NCBI GenBank assembly: GCA_016839605.1
Contig: JAEOTX010000012.1
Location: forward strand, 1-18,409
DNA: 18,409 nt
DNA from: Candidatus Thorarchaeota archaeon
GTDB taxonomy: Archaea > Asgardarchaeota > Thorarchaeia > Thorarchaeales > Thorarchaeaceae
Direction: 5' to 3'
Below, in pieces: positions 15,078 through 18,409 of this stretch (positions are counted from its first letter, which is position 1; each line of letters begins with the position of its first letter). The notes beneath the pieces are model-generated. The model ran no database searches and had not been told where the DNA came from. It saw nothing but the letters and a program-made list of their open reading frames with translations. The translations under genes were made by a program, and so were the position numbers.

Positions 15078-16757
15078 TCAGCCTTCGGGAGTAGCTGCCA
15101 GTAACTGGCTGAGGATGCTTTCGTATTCACGGGAAACACGAACATCAACAACTGCAGGTTTGCCTGAATCCAAGGCACGTTGCAGTGCGGGCTTAATGTC
15201 TTCTGTCTTGGTCACGGTTTCTCCGTGCGCACCTAGACTTTCAGCAAACTTGTCGAGATTCACATGCTCATTGATGATTGTTCCACGTCTTGCAAGTTCT
15301 TCCGACCCTGTCTTGATTTTCCTAGTGTGATATACTAGTCCCCATGCTAGGTCATTGCAGACTACAATGACAACAGGAATGTCTTGTCGAACAGCAGTCT
15401 CGAGTTCAACACCATTGAAGAAGAATGTCCCATCTCCGCATACAAGGTAGACATCTTTCTCAGGCTGAGCTGTTTTGGCTGCCAGACTGATCGGAAGGCC
15501 TGCTCCAAGGTGGCCCAATGGGCCTTGCGCTCCAATTATCTGACCTGGGTACTCTGCTCTCAGATAGAGGAAGGCCCATGCAGAGGTGTCTCCTCCATCA
15601 ATCACAAACAAGCTCTCAGGACTCGCAAACTCTCGCAGTTCGCGCATCAGACGATCCGGTCTAATTGGAACCTCCACTGGATCAGCTTCCTCATCAAAGC
15701 CTTCAGCCATCATCTGATAGCCCATTTTGACTTGATTTGAGAAGGCAGTGTCAGTTCTCTTGATTTTCGAAGATTTCGCATAGTCAAGCATTGACTCCAG
15801 TACTGCTTTGGCGTCTCCTGTAATCCCGACCTCAACAGGTCTGTTCTTGCCTATGACTGATGAGTCGATGTCTACATGCACCACTTTCACATCTTCTGCA
15901 AAAGACGCTGGATCCGTTCCAAAGCCGAGGAAGTTGTCGAAACGCGCACCAATTGTGAGCATCACATCTGCCTGTCGTAGGAACGGATTGGTGACAGCGT
16001 TGCCTATTGAGAGATCATGACTCTGCGGAATGCATCCCAGAGCAAGAAACTCGCAGGCCACTGGAGTTGTCATCAATTCCGCGAGCTCAACTAGCTCCTT
16101 AGAAGCTCCAGACCAATAGACTCCGCTTCCAGCTAAGATGATGGGTCGTTCCGCTCCCGCAAGAAGATTGACTGCTTTCTTAATGCAATCAAGATCCCCA
16201 GTTGGTCTTCCTGTTGGACGAAATGAGTCCGGAGCAAATTTCGACTCAGAGCACGAACTTACTTGCACATCTTTGGGAATCTCTAGGACTACAGGACCTT
16301 TCTTTCCAGACATAGCTTCGGTGAAAGCCATTCGAACGTACTTCCCAATTTGCTTGGGATTTCTACACCGAGCCGCCCATTTGGTGAATGGTTCCACCAT
16401 CTTTACGGCATCGATATCTTCGAAGGCATCCATTTCTGTCATGTCCAAAGGGACTGCCGAAGTTATTGCTACCATAGGACTACCAGCTTGGTATGCCTGA
16501 ACCAGAGATGGAAGGAGATTGACGAGCCCCGGCCCCATGGGAACAAGGCAGACGCCCGGAGTGCGTGTGACGCGTCCCCAGCCATCTGCTGCATTCCCAG
16601 CAGCCTGTTCATGCCTTACACTTACGACCTTCACTCCATTATCAATGAGTTCATCTAGAATGGGAAGGATAGAGCCATCTGCCAGTGTGAAGACAGTATT
16701 TACATTCTCTGCTATAATGGCCCTTGCAGCTACTTGAGCTCCTGTCAGCTCTTTCAA
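15078..16757 (-). CDS. Thiamine-diphosphate-dependent enzyme (acetolactate synthase-like / 2-hydroxyacyl-CoA lyase-like)
   Basis: RHEQAAGNAADGWGRVT, GPGLVN, GPVVLEIPKDV and ThDP/Mg motif GDGTFFFNGVELETAVR...NDLAWG. The TTG start overlaps the MFS stop (TTGA, 16754-16757). Confidence 0.9.
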   Translation of the reverse strand: MKELTGAQVAARAIIAENVNTVFTLADGSILPILDELIDNGVKVVSVRHEQAAGNAADGWGRVTRTPGVCLVPMGPGLVNLLPSLVQAYQAGSPMVAITSAVPLDMTEMDAFEDIDAVKMVEPFTKWAARCRNPKQIGKYVRMAFTEAMSGKKGPVVLEIPKDVQVSSCSESKFAPDSFRPTGRPTGDLDCIKKAVNLLAGAERPIILAGSGVYWSGASKELVELAELMTTPVACEFLALGCIPQSHDLSIGNAVTNPFLRQADVMLTIGARFDNFLGFGTDPASFAEDVKVVHVDIDSSVIGKNRPVEVGITGDAKAVLESMLDYAKSSKIKRTDTAFSNQVKMGYQMMAEGFDEEADPVEVPIRPDRLMRELREFASPESLFVIDGGDTSAWAFLYLRAEYPGQIIGAQGPLGHLGAGLPISLAAKTAQPEKDVYLVCGDGTFFFNGVELETAVRQDIPVVIVVCNDLAWGLVYHTRKIKTGSEELARRGTIINEHVNLDKFAESLGAHGETVTKTEDIKPALQRALDSGKPAVVDVRVSREYESILSQLLAATPEG

Positions 16758-18001
16758 TTGGTTGCCTCCGGGGCATCAAACTGCTCAAAGTCGCGTCCAG
16801 CTGTTTCTGGAAGAGTAAATGGAAGGCCCACCATTAACACAAAGCCAATGATTGCAAGCATCATTCCAAATGAAAGTCCGACCGCAGTAGCTAGAATTCC
16901 GACAAACCATCCTCCAAAGGAGAGACCTCTTGCAAGGCTGAAGATGACCGATGTCGCTGTTGCTCGCGACTCTGTTGGGAACATCTCCGAAGCCCAAACT
17001 CCGAATAACGCATGGCTACCAAATCCTGCAGGGATTATGAATAGTGCTGCAACAGCTAGACTTCGTACAGGGATGAGAATGGCAAAGATGCCAAGCATTA
17101 TCGTAGCAATAAGCCCTACAATGGCAGATAACACGAAACTGATTCTTCTGCCTACCTTATCACTGAGAAGTCCAAACGCCGGAAGGATCAGCATCGCAAC
17201 TAATGAGATAAGAAGTACAATTGTATCAGCCTCTTGGGCGGTATATGCTAATTCGAATTCTAGGAACGTGGGGCCCCAGTCCACAATGGCATGATACGCA
17301 AACTCAGCAGCCCAGAAGAGTACAACCGAGAGAACTAGGAGTTTCCCAAATCCTCTTGCAAAGACTTGGCGGATGCCAATTTGAATGGGTGTACCCACTT
17401 CTTTCTCCTCCTCTCCCAATCTTTGCCAGAGCTTTGACTCAGGAATTGTGAAGTATAGAATCAAGATGAGCGGGATTGCTAGCAGCGTTACTAGGAAAGT
17501 ATTGCGCCAGCCATAGACTGGGGCAATTGTGAGTGCCGCCACAGCTGAAACAATGTATCCAACTAGGAACATAGCATGCATGAGTCCACCAAAGAGGCCT
17601 CTTCGCTTCGGAGAGAATACCTCTCCCAACAATGCGTAAGCAATGCCCCAAGAAACTCCCATGCCTGAAAGAATCCGTAGAATAGCTAACACTTCAAAGC
17701 TTGGTGCAAAAGCAGTCATCGCTGTAAGTATTGCATCCCAAAGAACTGAGAATAGAAGGAAATTCTTCCTACCATACTTGTCAGCAAGATGCCCGAACAG
17801 GATGGCTCCAGGAACAGTAGCGATGTACTGTGCAGAAAACACGAATCCCACCGCGTCGAACGACTGTCCAAACTCAGCCATTATTTCAGGTGCTACAAAA
17901 TTGATGATAGTAAGTCCAACTGCGTCAAATGCCCAGCCAAGAGCACAGGCAATGAATACAAGCAGCTTCTCCTTTCTACTATAGCTATCCTCCGTGTTCA
18001 T
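16754..18001 (-). CDS. MFS transporter (sugar / organic-acid:H+ symporter-like)
   Basis: 415 aa with about 12 hydrophobic segments, motif A GHLADKYGRK and GLLSDKVGRR, plus SEMFPTESRA, IPES and LPET. Confidence 0.93.
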   Translation of the reverse strand: MNTEDSYSRKEKLLVFIACALGWAFDAVGLTIINFVAPEIMAEFGQSFDAVGFVFSAQYIATVPGAILFGHLADKYGRKNFLLFSVLWDAILTAMTAFAPSFEVLAILRILSGMGVSWGIAYALLGEVFSPKRRGLFGGLMHAMFLVGYIVSAVAALTIAPVYGWRNTFLVTLLAIPLILILYFTIPESKLWQRLGEEEKEVGTPIQIGIRQVFARGFGKLLVLSVVLFWAAEFAYHAIVDWGPTFLEFELAYTAQEADTIVLLISLVAMLILPAFGLLSDKVGRRISFVLSAIVGLIATIMLGIFAILIPVRSLAVAALFIIPAGFGSHALFGVWASEMFPTESRATATSVIFSLARGLSFGGWFVGILATAVGLSFGMMLAIIGFVLMVGLPFTLPETAGRDFEQFDAPEATN

Positions 18002-18143
18002 AATCTCACATCATTCTCTCTTGCCCAATATGGGCTGAACCATCGTAATTCGTTATCCATCATAAAGACCTTTTGGCCAGTATGGAGTGATAGCTATGAT
18101 GTCGGATATTTTGAAATGACTCGGGATTTGACTGGGACTGATT

Positions 18144-18407
18144 TCATGGGAGTTCTTCAATCAGTTTTACTGCTTCTTCACCAGTTATTGCTGTAAGCGT
18201 TTCAGTTCTATTTGTGCCTCCGCGTCCAAACATGAATAATGATTTCATTGCTGATTCAATATCCGGACCTTCAACTATTGCAACCCAATCGTATCTTCCC
18301 ATAGTGTAGTATAGGCTCAGTATTTTGCATCCATGTGACTCTGCAATCTCATTAGCTTGTTTCTGACGTTTTCCTGCACTCTTTATAGTTTCAATTCCCT
18401 TCTGTGT
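18144..18407 (-). CDS. GYD domain protein, 5'-partial (runs off the window end)
   Basis: Manual translation, not in the ORF track: TQKGIETIKSAGKRQKQANEIAESHGCKILSLYYTMGRYDWVAIVEGPDIESAMKSLFMFGRGGTNRTETLTAITGEEAVKLIEELP*. T-x-G-x-YD and TETL match the GYD family. Confidence 0.85.
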   Translation of the reverse strand, partial: TQKGIETIKSAGKRQKQANEIAESHGCKILSLYYTMGRYDWVAIVEGPDIESAMKSLFMFGRGGTNRTETLTAITGEEAVKLIEELP

Positions 18408-18409
18408 GA

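Noticed and set aside
17789-18196. 135-aa ORF on +
   Set aside because: Overlaps the MFS and GYD genes on the opposite strand; shadow ORF.
1-18409. CRISPR array, tRNA/rRNA genes, IS or integrase
   Set aside because: No regularly spaced short repeats, no cloverleaf or rRNA-like segment, and no transposase or recombinase motifs seen by eye; a covariance-model search was not possible.

Overview
This 18.4-kb window looks archaeal: TATA boxes about 28-33 nt before leaderless ATGs, GGAGG RBSs and an orphan PAS-GAF-PAS histidine kinase; an Asgard/Thorarchaeia-like origin is an inference. Left end: a very large 5'-truncated ORF with an acidic disordered N-terminus, four ~103-aa HTH-bearing repeats, a two-motif LAGLIDADG nuclease domain and a C-terminal HTH. 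It is followed by an intact acyl-CoA carboxyltransferase gene (pccB/mmdA family). The main discovery is that the 3' end of this gene occurs three times in tandem: in the intact gene (ends 5040), as a 1.12-kb 5'-truncated copy (7423-8541, 88% aa identity, near-saturated silent divergence), and as a 42-bp remnant absent from the ORF track (9304-9345, [13 protein letters not shown], differing from copy 2 only at silent sites). Each 3' end is followed by different cargo: a HEPN/DUF5677-like gene plus a HEAT/PC4-like gene, a Cys4 tail-anchored protein, and a fucose-isomerase-like gene. This looks like a cassette array grown by serial replacement of a housekeeping gene's 3' end, with no integrase in the window. 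The right half is metabolic: histidine kinase, extended SDR, 3-hydroxyacyl-CoA dehydrogenase family, ThDP enzyme, MFS transporter and a partial GYD-domain gene.
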